Below the pieces are notes generated by a model, which did no database searches, was not told where the DNA came from, and saw only the letters and a list, made by a program, of their open reading frames with translations. From an uncultured Candidatus Saccharibacteria bacterium (lineage in GTDB: Bacteria; Patescibacteriota; Minisyncoccia; Portnoybacterales; UBA2143), in the NCBI GenBank assembly GCA_964403725.1, contig CAYOHI010000003.1, positions 14,374 through 78,373 on the forward strand: DNA of 64,000 nucleotides, in the 5' to 3' direction. Shown in pieces: positions 29,061 through 38,726 of this stretch. The position numbers were made by a program, and so were the translations under genes. Each line of letters starts with the position of its first letter. The first letter of the stretch is position 1.

Positions 29061-30155
29061 TCATTCATCGTCAAGGTCAAGCAACGGACGCTCAACGTCT
29101 TCAACCTCGATCTGAGGATTGCCATCGGTAATCTTAACCACGTCCTTATCGATTTTCTTGAATTCCTTGTTCGCCTTGTTGTAGCTATTAACAGTCGTGG
29201 TCAGATGATTGCCGACTTTTTTCATATAATCATTGTATGATCCCAAATGCCTTCCTAATTTCTCTACTTCCTTGATTATTCCCTGGGCTCTTTCAGAGAT
29301 CTGCTGCCTTCTCAATCCCTGCAGGACAGTCTGCAAATAAGCCAGGAAAGAAGTTGGCGAGACAATGACTACTTTCTTTTTAGCGGCATAGGAAATCAGA
29401 TCGTTGGTATTGCTGGTCACTGCTCCTACTTTGTTGATCAGCAAATCATAGTAAATTGCCTCAGATGGAATGAACATGAAGGCAAAATCCATTGTTTTTT
29501 CTTCCGGCTTTACATATTTGGAAGTCTCATCAATCCTGGTTTTCAGATCGCTGACAAAAGCAGATTCATGTTTCTTCTTCTCTTCAGGATTCTGAGCATC
29601 CAGTATCCTATTGTAATTCTCCAGTGAAAACTTTGAATCAACTGGAATGATCTGCTTATCAACGAAAACAACTGCGTCGACTATGACGCCGTTCTTGAAA
29701 GGATATTGGGTCTTGTAGGATCCTGGTGGCAGGACATTCTTCAAGACTGTTTCTAAATAGTATTCGCCTAAAACGCCGCGCTGTTTGGGATTCTTTAAGA
29801 TATCCTGTAAATTCTTCAATTGGTCAGCAAAGCTGATCACCTGCTTGTTGGTATTATCCAGATTAGTCAACTTCTCAGTAACGCTTTGGATAATCTTGCT
29901 GCTTTCCTTGAATTGGGTCTGGACCGATTTGGCTGACTCAGTCAGCTTGTTATCTACCACCTTGCCAAAATCATCAAACTTATCATAAGTCGACTTGATC
30001 GAATTATCTAAAGAATCTTTCAATTGGCCCATCTGCTGCTGCAGCAAAAGCATAGATTGGCCATCTTTTTTCTCAGGTTTTTTGAGTAATATTAAAATTG
30101 TTGAACCTAGTCCAATAATTACCAACATTAAGAGTGAAATGATAAATATTTCCAT
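29061..30155 (-). CDS. rmuC: DNA recombination protein RmuC
   Basis: N-terminal TM, coiled coil, RGVLGE, VDSKF, DFAFMFIPSE, VSPT. Confidence 0.93.
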   Translation of the reverse strand: MEIFIISLLMLVIIGLGSTILILLKKPEKKDGQSMLLLQQQMGQLKDSLDNSIKSTYDKFDDFGKVVDNKLTESAKSVQTQFKESSKIIQSVTEKLTNLDNTNKQVISFADQLKNLQDILKNPKQRGVLGEYYLETVLKNVLPPGSYKTQYPFKNGVIVDAVVFVDKQIIPVDSKFSLENYNRILDAQNPEEKKKHESAFVSDLKTRIDETSKYVKPEEKTMDFAFMFIPSEAIYYDLLINKVGAVTSNTNDLISYAAKKKVVIVSPTSFLAYLQTVLQGLRRQQISERAQGIIKEVEKLGRHLGSYNDYMKKVGNHLTTTVNSYNKANKEFKKIDKDVVKITDGNPQIEVEDVERPLLDLDDE

Positions 30156-30243
30156 AAATGTATTTTAGCAGATATGTATTATTTAAACAAACGCAAAGCC
30201 CGGTCTGTTACGGACCGGACCGAGCTTTTGTCTTTATTAATTA

Positions 30244-30525
30244 TTAAAGAAATTCAGGCTTCACAGGCTCTCTTTTTTTAATCTCTTCAATTGCATCTAC
30301 CCAGAAATCTGCCACATCAAGACACCTGTGTGTCTTGCAATTTTGCACAGCGATTAGGACAAATTGCCGTGCTTCCAAAAGTTCCTTTGTCCATTCTTCT
30401 ATGGCAGAGGAATATTCCTGGAAAGCCAAGTCTTGACGCCGTTGATTTTGATACTGTTGATAAAAAACAAAACTAGCCACCAACAAAGATACAACCGATG
30501 CAACTACGACCAATTTTTTAACCAC
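30244..30525 (-). CDS. Small membrane-anchored hypothetical protein
   Basis: N-terminal TM; hairpin terminator at about 30194-30229. Confidence 0.5.
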   Translation of the reverse strand: MVKKLVVVASVVSLLVASFVFYQQYQNQRRQDLAFQEYSSAIEEWTKELLEARQFVLIAVQNCKTHRCLDVADFWVDAIEEIKKREPVKPEFL

Positions 30526-30597
30526 CAGATATCCCCTTATATATGAGTTATAGATAAGTTGTTAACTTGCTTCTAATATCAAAACACAAAACATAAA

Positions 30598-31548
30598 TTA
30601 AATCAATAGTTCAGCTACAACAAACAAGACATACAGTATTAACAAAACAGCAGCTTCATTCTTGGTAATCCTTCTCCCTGTCCTGATGAATAGCAAGAAA
30701 AATACAGCTGAAACTATTAAAAACAACCTGCCGATGACAAAAGGAGAAAAATCATTGATAATAATCGGATGAATCAAGGCATCTATTCCTAAAACCAAAG
30801 TTACTGGGAAAATGATAGCACCCATCAGGTTGCCAGCCACCATCCAGCTTTTTCCTTTTTTGGCTGCCTGGATACTGAAAAATATTTCAGGCAAAGCATT
30901 GCCTAGGCTAACTACCAAGATTCCAATCAAAACCAATGGCAAGTTTAAGAAACTGGAAAAATACGTGGCTGAGCGGACAATTCCTTCAGCAGCCAGTAAA
31001 AGCAAAGTTATGGCAAAGATAATTCTAAACAGATGCCCAAATACATCTTTAAATCCCAGCCTTTCTTCCATCTTGTTATACACCTTGCTAAACCTGTCTT
31101 TCTTTCCAAAAAGCCAGAAAGAATACACTAGGAAGGCGAAAATTAAAATTAATCCGTCTTCCCTAGAAATTTCCTTGTCAATCACCAAGGCCATTGGCAG
31201 AAGGGATAATAATAATGTAAAGACAGCTGTTCCCTGGACTGTCTTGCTAGCCAGTCTCAAGCCGTTCTTTGAAACCAAGACTGCCAGGGCCATAGCAATA
31301 GTGAGGTCGATGATATTGCCGCCGATAATTTCACTGAAAGACAGCTGAGGGATGCCATGTAAAGAAGAGCTGATTCCGATTGAAAGGTTCGGCAAAGTAG
31401 AAGCCATAGCCATAGTAAAGAAAGCTACCACAAATTCTTTCCAACCCAAGAATTTGGCCATGATCGTCAAAGAACCGACCAATTTCTTAGAAGCATAGGC
31501 CAAGATGAAAAATGAGATTATGAAGATTAGTAAATATGATAAGATCAT
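30598..31548 (-). CDS. Na+/Ca2+ exchanger (CaCA) family antiporter
   Basis: Two alpha repeats (ASTLPNL...IIGGNI; GNALPEI...NLMGA); about 10 TMs. Confidence 0.85.
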   Translation of the reverse strand: MILSYLLIFIISFFILAYASKKLVGSLTIMAKFLGWKEFVVAFFTMAMASTLPNLSIGISSSLHGIPQLSFSEIIGGNIIDLTIAMALAVLVSKNGLRLASKTVQGTAVFTLLLSLLPMALVIDKEISREDGLILIFAFLVYSFWLFGKKDRFSKVYNKMEERLGFKDVFGHLFRIIFAITLLLLAAEGIVRSATYFSSFLNLPLVLIGILVVSLGNALPEIFFSIQAAKKGKSWMVAGNLMGAIIFPVTLVLGIDALIHPIIINDFSPFVIGRLFLIVSAVFFLLFIRTGRRITKNEAAVLLILYVLFVVAELLI

Positions 31549-34181
31549 GTCTCGTGCCTGGCAATAAAGTAATATTTAGTCATTTCAATCAGGAATATAT
31601 TCAGAACCCCTAATCCTAAGATTAGTCCCCAATCAAACATATTCAAAGGAACGGTTTTTAGCAGATTCTGCAAAGGCTCCAGATATATGGCGGCCCAAAG
31701 CATAATTATGCCAAACAACCAGGCTCCGATCAGCAGTCTATTTGAAAAAGGATTGATCTGCCAGATATTCCTTCTTAGGCTCTTGCATGAAAAGACATAG
31801 AACAAGGAATCGATAGTCAAGGCAGCAAATATGATGGAACGGATATGAGCTATCTCATAACCAGAATATTTCAATAAGTAATAGAATAGGCCCAATAGAA
31901 GAACATCTGTGATTATGCCGATTAAAAAGATTAATGTTTTCATTTCTCTGGTTAATAGAGGAACTTTATCGCTCTGTGGTTTTTGCTTCATCAAATCCTT
32001 TTCTTTTGATTCGAAGGCCAAAGCGACATTAGGCAAGCCATCTTCAATCAGATTGACCCACAGGATCTGGACAGCAATAATCGGCAAAGGCCAGCCAAAA
32101 AGCAGACTCACAGCGATTAAGATGATTTCAGTAAAGCTATCTGATAAAAGATATGTGATTACTTTCCTGGTATTATCGATAATGGCCCTGCCTTCTTCTA
32201 CAGCAGCGACAATGATACTGAAGTTATCCGTTAGCAAAACCAAATCAGAGACTTCCCTGGCTACATCCGTGCCTGATCCTAAGGCTACGCCAATATCAGC
32301 TTGCCTTAGGGCTGGCGCATCATTGATTCCATCCCCGGTCATAGCTACGACCTCTCCTCTTTTCTGCCAGGCCTCGACAATCCTTAATTTCTGCTTCGGC
32401 TCAACCCGAGCATAAATCTGGATATCCTTAATCTTCTTTTCCAATTCCTTATCAGACAGTTTAACCAAATCCTTTCCTTCTAGGATATTCTCTTTAGTAA
32501 CCTTAAAGCCAAGCTTTGTAGCTACGGCTTGAGCCGTCAGCTTATGATCTCCTGTGACAATGATCGGCTTCATGCCAGCCTGACGGCACAATTCGATAGA
32601 TTTCTTAGTTTCTTTTCTGATCGGGTCATGCAGGGCAAAGAATCCGACAAAGACCATTCTCTTATCCTTTTCTTCCTTTTCCCTATTAATCTTATCTTCT
32701 TTAGTCTTTCTGTATGAAACAGCCAATATTCTTAATCCTTGCTTGGTCAGATCCTCATATTCTCTCTTTAACTTCTTCAAGTCAGCTAGAAGCAGATCTT
32801 TTTTGTTTCCATTGATATCAATAAAGGAAGACATTTCTAAAATTCTCTCTGGGGAGCCGAGCATGTATAAAACATTGGCCTTATCTGATTTATGCAGCGT
32901 AGCAGCATATTTGTAATTTGAATCAAAGAGAAGCTGATCGATCTTAGGTCGTTCTTTTTCTAATTTCTCCTTAGATATGCCAGCTTGGACCCCGGCCAGA
33001 AACAGAGCCTTCTCAGTCGGCCGTCCCCTGATGATCCACTCTTCAGTCGGTTCTTCAAAGTTCTCAATGAATGATTCGTTGCAAAGCATGCCGATCTTCA
33101 AGATCTTGTCCTTATCATCTGGATCAGTCTCTTTTCCGATAATCTCTGAAGCGGTATGGATTCCAGCCACTTCCATCTTGGCCTCGGTCAAAGTCCCCGT
33201 CTTATCAGTCAGGATTATCGAAGTGCTGCCCAAAGTCTCGGCTGAAGCCAGTTTCCTAACCAATCCTTTTCTTCTCAAGATCCTTTCCATGCCAATAGCC
33301 AAAATGACAGTCATAGCCACAGGCAAACCCTCAGGAATAGCTGCTACAGCCACAGCAATGGATGTCTTGAGCATCATAATGAATCCTTCACCCGTAATCA
33401 GGCCTTCAAAGAAAATCATCAGAGACACAAAGGCGACAATGATGCCAATTGTCTTGCTCAGGATGGATATTTTCCTTTGATAAGGTGTTTTCTTCTCTTC
33501 TGTTTCCTTGACTAGCTTGGCTACTTGTCCCAGTTCTGTTCTTTTCCCCGTACTGACTACTACAGCCTTGCCCCAGCCAGATTCAATAACGGTTCCTAAA
33601 TAGACCATATTATCCCTGTCAGCCAGAGAGATACCCTTATCCAAAGATTCTGTTTTCTTTTCAGCTGCCAGCCATTCGCCAGTCAAAGCTGACTCGTTAA
33701 CCTTTAGGTCATTAGATTCGATTATCCTGGCATCAGCCGATACCTTATTCCCTGCTCGCAGAAGAATGACATCTCCCGGCACGACATATTTCTGAGGAAT
33801 TTCTTTTTCGCTTCCATCTCTAATGACGACTGTTTTTAATTGCAGGAATTTTTTCAATTTATTCAAAGCCTGATTGGCTTTGCTTTCTTGCAGGTATCCA
33901 ACAATAGTATTTAAAAAAACAGCACCGAAAATTACGATACTGTCCGTATATTCCCTCAAAACCAAAGTCACTATTCCAGCAATTAACAGAATGTAAATCA
34001 GAGGGCTTGTTAATTGTCCTAAAAATATCTTTAGTCTAGAAAAGGATTTTTCCACAGGTAATCTATTCAAGCCGAATTTTCTCAATCTTTTCTTAACTTC
34101 TGATTGGTCCAATCCCTTCTTATTTGATTTTAATTCTTGAAAAGTTTTTTCAACTGAAAAACTATGCCAGTTATTTTGCAT
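31545..34181 (-). CDS. Cation-transporting P-type ATPase (P2A, Ca2+-type)
   Basis: TGEW, IPEGLP, DKTGTLT, TGD, GDGIND, QILWVNL; probable start ATG 34181 (track gives 34199). Confidence 0.92.
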   Translation of the reverse strand: MQNNWHSFSVEKTFQELKSNKKGLDQSEVKKRLRKFGLNRLPVEKSFSRLKIFLGQLTSPLIYILLIAGIVTLVLREYTDSIVIFGAVFLNTIVGYLQESKANQALNKLKKFLQLKTVVIRDGSEKEIPQKYVVPGDVILLRAGNKVSADARIIESNDLKVNESALTGEWLAAEKKTESLDKGISLADRDNMVYLGTVIESGWGKAVVVSTGKRTELGQVAKLVKETEEKKTPYQRKISILSKTIGIIVAFVSLMIFFEGLITGEGFIMMLKTSIAVAVAAIPEGLPVAMTVILAIGMERILRRKGLVRKLASAETLGSTSIILTDKTGTLTEAKMEVAGIHTASEIIGKETDPDDKDKILKIGMLCNESFIENFEEPTEEWIIRGRPTEKALFLAGVQAGISKEKLEKERPKIDQLLFDSNYKYAATLHKSDKANVLYMLGSPERILEMSSFIDINGNKKDLLLADLKKLKREYEDLTKQGLRILAVSYRKTKEDKINREKEEKDKRMVFVGFFALHDPIRKETKKSIELCRQAGMKPIIVTGDHKLTAQAVATKLGFKVTKENILEGKDLVKLSDKELEKKIKDIQIYARVEPKQKLRIVEAWQKRGEVVAMTGDGINDAPALRQADIGVALGSGTDVAREVSDLVLLTDNFSIIVAAVEEGRAIIDNTRKVITYLLSDSFTEIILIAVSLLFGWPLPIIAVQILWVNLIEDGLPNVALAFESKEKDLMKQKPQSDKVPLLTREMKTLIFLIGIITDVLLLGLFYYLLKYSGYEIAHIRSIIFAALTIDSLFYVFSCKSLRRNIWQINPFSNRLLIGAWLFGIIMLWAAIYLEPLQNLLKTVPLNMFDWGLILGLGVLNIFLIEMTKYYFIARHET

Positions 34182-34270
34182 ATGCATATATTGTATCATT
34201 TTTTAAAGAAACAAAAAAGCAGCGGAACTTCATGTTTCGCTGCTTTCTCTTTGAGATTCCTCCTCATTAC

Positions 34271-34501
34271 TTATTTTTGAGATTTTTCAATTGCCCTAAA
34301 GGCATCGGCAATAGCCACCGGTAATCCCGGTGCTTTTGTCGAAGCGCCACCAGAAGTGCAAATTCGAACAGCGCGACCCAACGTTCCTTCCCCCTTAGGA
34401 ACCACAGCAGCATACCAATCGCCGTTACCGCCGATACCGATAACTAGCTCATGAGGATTGCGAGCATCCCTGTCATCGGTTAAATACCTTACTTCGCTCA
34501 T
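34271..34501 (-). CDS. Small hypothetical protein (possibly phage-like)
   Basis: 76 aa, SD upstream, last gene of a 3-gene orphan cassette; terminator at about 34214-34248. Confidence 0.5.
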   Translation of the reverse strand: MSEVRYLTDDRDARNPHELVIGIGGNGDWYAAVVPKGEGTLGRAVRICTSGGASTKAPGLPVAIADAFRAIEKSQK

Positions 34502-34502
34502 G

Positions 34503-34778
34503 CTAATTCCCTCTCTTATGTGTTACTACGCCAAAAGGTTGTTTTTTTGCCTCGGGATGATCCCCCCGATATTCAAACTCAGCGATACATCCGGGACAAT
34601 TAACATTGACTGTACTACTCATCAAAGTGATCATAATCTTCATTGATCTCCCGCAAGCAGTGATCTCATCTGGAACAGAGCCAATACAAATAATGCCAGA
34701 ACTTTCAACAGTACAACCCAGCCAAGGCGAAAAATCTGGCAATGGACCGATTTTAATAACTTTTTCCTTATCCGACAT
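34503..34778 (-). CDS. Small Cys-containing hypothetical protein
   Basis: TACG...VNCPGC possible zinc ribbon; SD AGGAG. Confidence 0.45.
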   Translation of the reverse strand: MSDKEKVIKIGPLPDFSPWLGCTVESSGIICIGSVPDEITACGRSMKIMITLMSSTVNVNCPGCIAEFEYRGDHPEAKKQPFGVVTHKRGN

Positions 34779-34798
34779 CTTATCACTCCTACTTTGAT

Positions 34799-35425
34799 CT
34801 AAAAGTTTATCACCCCAACCTTGGGCCCAACAGTCAACGTATCAAAGGTATCAGGAAACCAGATGGATTTGCGCGATGACTTTATGCCAGCTTGATTCAG
34901 ATATTCAGCTACGCCTGGTTTTTTCAGTAGTTCATTAGCAGGTGTCGAGGGAGCCCAGATATTACAGTCTTCACAGCTATCACTCAACATTATCGGAAAA
35001 TCTGTGCAATTGATTGTTCCTTCATCGCCAGCATAGGTCCAAGGAGTTCCCTCAATTGAATCGAAGAAGGGTTTTAAACATGAAGGTGAACAATTAATAC
35101 GCCGGACATCTCCGATAAAACCTTTGGCATATTCCGATATTTCAAGAAAAGACATAACAGTACAGCCATGTTTTGAGCGACATCCGTAAAAATACCAAAC
35201 GCCGTTTTTAATATGGAGAATTTCCAGGTGCCAGTACTTTCCTTTGAAGCCTGCTAATCTGGACATCTCGAAGATAAGATGATCAGGGTTGCTTTTAGCT
35301 CCAATTAAAACCAGATATACTCCATCGGTTAACCATTCATCACTTGATTGAGTTTGAAACCAGGCACAGCCAGACATCAAGACAAACACTAAAAAGACCA
35401 TTAAAGATCTTTTGAAATAAAGCAT
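34799..35425 (-). CDS. Lipoprotein, possible permuted papain-like (NlpC/P60) enzyme
   Basis: LMSG-C lipobox; YWHLEI precedes INCTDF; SD GGAGG. Confidence 0.55.
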   Translation of the reverse strand: MLYFKRSLMVFLVFVLMSGCAWFQTQSSDEWLTDGVYLVLIGAKSNPDHLIFEMSRLAGFKGKYWHLEILHIKNGVWYFYGCRSKHGCTVMSFLEISEYAKGFIGDVRRINCSPSCLKPFFDSIEGTPWTYAGDEGTINCTDFPIMLSDSCEDCNIWAPSTPANELLKKPGVAEYLNQAGIKSSRKSIWFPDTFDTLTVGPKVGVINF

Positions 35426-35459
35426 GATTACCTCCTGAATTCTGTTTTGAAGTTATATA

Positions 35460-36149
35460 TCAAGTCCGATTATCTTTTTGTAAAAAAACAAATACTCCTA
35501 ATATGATAATTAAACCAATCCATTGGCTAGAAGTCAAGTTTAGGTATCTTGGATCCCCATATCTAAAGAATTCCAAGAAAAATCTTGAAATACTGTAATA
35601 TGTTAAAAATATCAAAAAAAGATATCCTGGTTTTTGAAATCTATCCCTTAAAAACCACAATATTAAAAACAAAATCAAGCCATTGACGGATAAATATAAA
35701 GCTACAGGATGACGTACTATTCCATCAGGCCATAAAATACCCCAAGGCAGATTAGTAATAGTTCCTGGATGATCTTTAATGAAAAAACAGCCCATTCGGC
35801 CGAAAAATATTCCCAGAGCCACGCTTGGCGCGAATAAATCTGCTAATTTTAAGAATTCTTTCTTATTTCTCAAATAATATAGACCTATCAAAACAGCACC
35901 GAATAATCCTCCATAGAACATAAAGCCATGGATTTCAAAAAACAACAAAGAGAATAAACGGGCAAACACAATACTGAATAAGAATATTAGAACAGTTAAG
36001 ATTAAAATTTTGTTTTCTTCAATTCCCTTTTTCTTTCCTTTAAATAGGGCTAATAAGTATCCAAGGAAAAAACCGAGGCCTACCATTAAGCCCCAGGTAT
36101 ATATGGTAATTGACCCTAAATTAAATTGGGTAAACGTGAAATATGGCAT
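35460..36149 (-). CDS. lgt: Prolipoprotein diacylglyceryl transferase
   Basis: GFMFYGGL, FGRMGCF, PWG, RHPVALY, RFFLEFFR. Confidence 0.92.
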   Translation of the reverse strand: MPYFTFTQFNLGSITIYTWGLMVGLGFFLGYLLALFKGKKKGIEENKILILTVLIFLFSIVFARLFSLLFFEIHGFMFYGGLFGAVLIGLYYLRNKKEFLKLADLFAPSVALGIFFGRMGCFFIKDHPGTITNLPWGILWPDGIVRHPVALYLSVNGLILFLILWFLRDRFQKPGYLFLIFLTYYSISRFFLEFFRYGDPRYLNLTSSQWIGLIIILGVFVFLQKDNRT

Positions 36150-37054
36150 TACTTTTTCATCTTAGGAGAATATTTGATCATCAATTCCTTAGCTTTAATT
36201 AATGATTCCTCAAGTATTTCATCTTTTCCTCTGATTAAGATGCTGGGTCCTGGGAAACCTTTGGGTTCAATTACAACATCTCCCTTGATTTTTAATTCTT
36301 GAATCTCTTCATTCTCTTCCTTGTTCCTTCCGACTAGAACTAGATTATCATTAATCCAGAAATGCCTGCCAATTCTCAATAATTTTACATCATGACCTTG
36401 GCAGTCAGGCCAATTGCTCAACATTTCTTTGAATCTTTTAGCAAACTGTATTTCTGTTAAAAGACAGCCTCCAGCTGGCGTTGGATATTCCTTGATTCCA
36501 TATTCATCCGCCAGTTTCATTTGCGGCTTCCTATTCCTGCCTGAAATATCCATTAATTCATCCCTATCAATTAATCCTTTTTCCTCAATAATAGTCGGAT
36601 TCAATAATTTAGCTGATAAGGGCCTTAGGAGATATCCTTTAAGTCCTGATTCTTTTTCAATCAAATTCAAAGCTTCTTTGTTCTGAGACATAGGCCGTTC
36701 GCCCAAGACTTCACCTGTGGCCACAAAGTCGAAATTCTCTTCTTCCATGATGACTTTGGCTTTCTTAAGCATTAAAAGATGGCAATCGATACATGGATTG
36801 ATCGCCTTGCCGTATCCGCGAGGCGGATTTTTGACTATCTCTAAATGGTCATCTGAAAAATCAAATTCCCTGAACTTAATATTTAAATCATTAGCTGCTT
36901 TTTTTGCCTGTTTAGAGGAAAAAAAATAACTGACAAAACTTATGCCAGTCACATCTATACCCTGGTTTTGCAATATTTTTACAGCTAAAATAGAATCCAA
37001 GCCACCTGATAAAAGCACCAGAGCTCTGGCTTCTTCTTTTTTTGTTTTCATCAT
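36149..37054 (-). CDS. PP-loop tRNA thiolation-type enzyme (ThiI-like, no THUMP domain)
   Basis: SGGLDS, NPCIDCH, TGEVLGERPMSQ, PAGGCLLT, GRHF. Confidence 0.8.
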   Translation of the reverse strand: MMKTKKEEARALVLLSGGLDSILAVKILQNQGIDVTGISFVSYFFSSKQAKKAANDLNIKFREFDFSDDHLEIVKNPPRGYGKAINPCIDCHLLMLKKAKVIMEEENFDFVATGEVLGERPMSQNKEALNLIEKESGLKGYLLRPLSAKLLNPTIIEEKGLIDRDELMDISGRNRKPQMKLADEYGIKEYPTPAGGCLLTEIQFAKRFKEMLSNWPDCQGHDVKLLRIGRHFWINDNLVLVGRNKEENEEIQELKIKGDVVIEPKGFPGPSILIRGKDEILEESLIKAKELMIKYSPKMKK

Positions 37055-37065
37055 TTAAATCTTGA

Positions 37066-37320
37066 TTATTTCGCAATAAAGACTTGATCGCCTTCTCTGA
37101 CTTGCTGATCAACCTTCAATCCGACTGAATCGCCCTTCTTAGCTTTTTCTACGTTCTCGTGCTCTACCTGCATCGAATCGATTGATTGCTCGAAATCGCT
37201 AGTCGCGCCCTTAACATGGATCTTATCTCCCACACTCAAGCCGCCCTCAGTCATTTCAACCACAGCTACGCCAATATTTGTGAAATAATGGGTAATCTTA
37301 CCAACTAATTTTTCTTCCAT
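37066..37320 (-). CDS. Small translation-factor-like beta-barrel protein
   Basis: VGKITHYF.NIGVAV...GD.I.VKG..SDF.Q...SMQ....V..AKKGD.VG. Confidence 0.75.
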   Translation of the reverse strand: MEEKLVGKITHYFTNIGVAVVEMTEGGLSVGDKIHVKGATSDFEQSIDSMQVEHENVEKAKKGDSVGLKVDQQVREGDQVFIAK

Positions 37321-37345
37321 TTTTACATAATCACCCCCTTTCGGG

Positions 37346-37417
37346 CAGCCCCACGGGGAATCGAACCCCGGTTACCAGAATGAGAATCTGGCGTCCTAGC
37401 CACTAGACGATGGGGCC
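37346..37417 (-). tRNA. tRNA-Glu(CUC)
   Basis: GGCCCCATCGTCTAGTGGCTAGGACG-CCAGA-TTCTCAT-TCTGG-TAACCGGGGTTCGATTCCCCGTGGGGCTG. Confidence 0.94.
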
Positions 37418-37456
37418 ATAGGATTTAAAACTAACATAAATTATTTAATTTGTCTA

Positions 37457-38725
37457 TTAGACTAATAATTTGCCCGCTTTTTCAGGATGAAGCATAATCT
37501 CTTTTGTAACTTTCTCCATCCTAATGCCACGAGACCCTTTAATTAATACCAAATCACCTTCTTGAATTTCTTCTTGGACTGGAATAGCTGCATCTTCCGA
37601 TTGTGAAAATTCAAATACATTTTCCATGCCTTGCTTTCTAGCCTCTTCAGCCATAAAGATCGATCTTTCACCAACGGCAAAAAGAATATTGGCAACCTCA
37701 GCTGCTTTTTTGCCGACCTGCCTGTGTCCTTCTTCCATATTTTCCCCTAATTCCAGCATATCACCCAAAGCTGCTATTCTCCTGCCTTCACAAGGAAAAT
37801 TCTTCAAAATATCCAAAGCACCCAAAACTGATAATGGAGATGCGTTGTATGAGTCATCAATCAGCCAAGTTTTCTTAATTCCTTTCAGTAGCCTGGTTCT
37901 TCCGGCAATAGTCCTGTATTTTCTCAAAGCGCCGGAAATCTGGACCAGATTAAGGCCGAAATATAGTCCTACTGCTGCAGCTGAAGCTGTAATAGAGGCC
38001 TGGTGCCTGCCCATTACCCTTATTAGCCTGACTGGCACAGTGCTTCCCTCGTGTTCCAGTTTGAAATTAACTCCGAAATCCTTCTTATTCAAATCACCTA
38101 CTGTTAATTCATAATTGCTAATATTCAAGTCAGCCCCATCATCAAAGCCGAAATACATTTTCTTGATCTTATCAGATAATTTTTCACCTGATTCTTTAAT
38201 CGACGGGTCATCATAATTCAAGACCGCTAATCCATCTTTTGGAACAGATTCTACTAACTTAGCCTTTTCTCCAACTAAGCTGCTTTTCCCCGGAAAATGC
38301 TTCATATGGACTGGAAACTGGCCGATTGACGTAAAAACCCCTACTTTGATTGGTATAAAGCTCATTAAATATTCCATATCCCCCGGTTTGGCAATGCCCA
38401 TTTCTAAAACTAGGATTTCCGGATAGTTAGGCTGGTAGATTATCGTAAGCACCGATCTTGTAAATATCTTAAACCAACCCCATAATCCCTTGAAATTAGT
38501 TGAAGGAGAGACATATGAACCAAGGACCGTCAAAGGAACGCCTACCTCATTGTTGTAATTCTTAATATTCCTTCTGACCTTGAATCTTTTCTTTAAAACG
38601 TGGTAAATGGCTTCTTTAGTTCCTGTCTTGCCAGCGCTGCCAGTCACAGCAACAATGGCCGGCCTGTATCGCCAGATAACGATCTTTGCAAATATTTTTA
38701 AAATATATTCTAGTGTCTTTCTCAT
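37457..38725 (-). CDS. murF: UDP-MurNAc-tripeptide--D-Ala-D-Ala ligase
   Basis: VTGSAGKT, NNEVGVPLT, LEMG, DDSYNASP, LGDMLELG, KGSRG. Confidence 0.9.
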   Translation of the reverse strand: MRKTLEYILKIFAKIVIWRYRPAIVAVTGSAGKTGTKEAIYHVLKKRFKVRRNIKNYNNEVGVPLTVLGSYVSPSTNFKGLWGWFKIFTRSVLTIIYQPNYPEILVLEMGIAKPGDMEYLMSFIPIKVGVFTSIGQFPVHMKHFPGKSSLVGEKAKLVESVPKDGLAVLNYDDPSIKESGEKLSDKIKKMYFGFDDGADLNISNYELTVGDLNKKDFGVNFKLEHEGSTVPVRLIRVMGRHQASITASAAAVGLYFGLNLVQISGALRKYRTIAGRTRLLKGIKKTWLIDDSYNASPLSVLGALDILKNFPCEGRRIAALGDMLELGENMEEGHRQVGKKAAEVANILFAVGERSIFMAEEARKQGMENVFEFSQSEDAAIPVQEEIQEGDLVLIKGSRGIRMEKVTKEIMLHPEKAGKLLV

Positions 38726-38726
38726 A

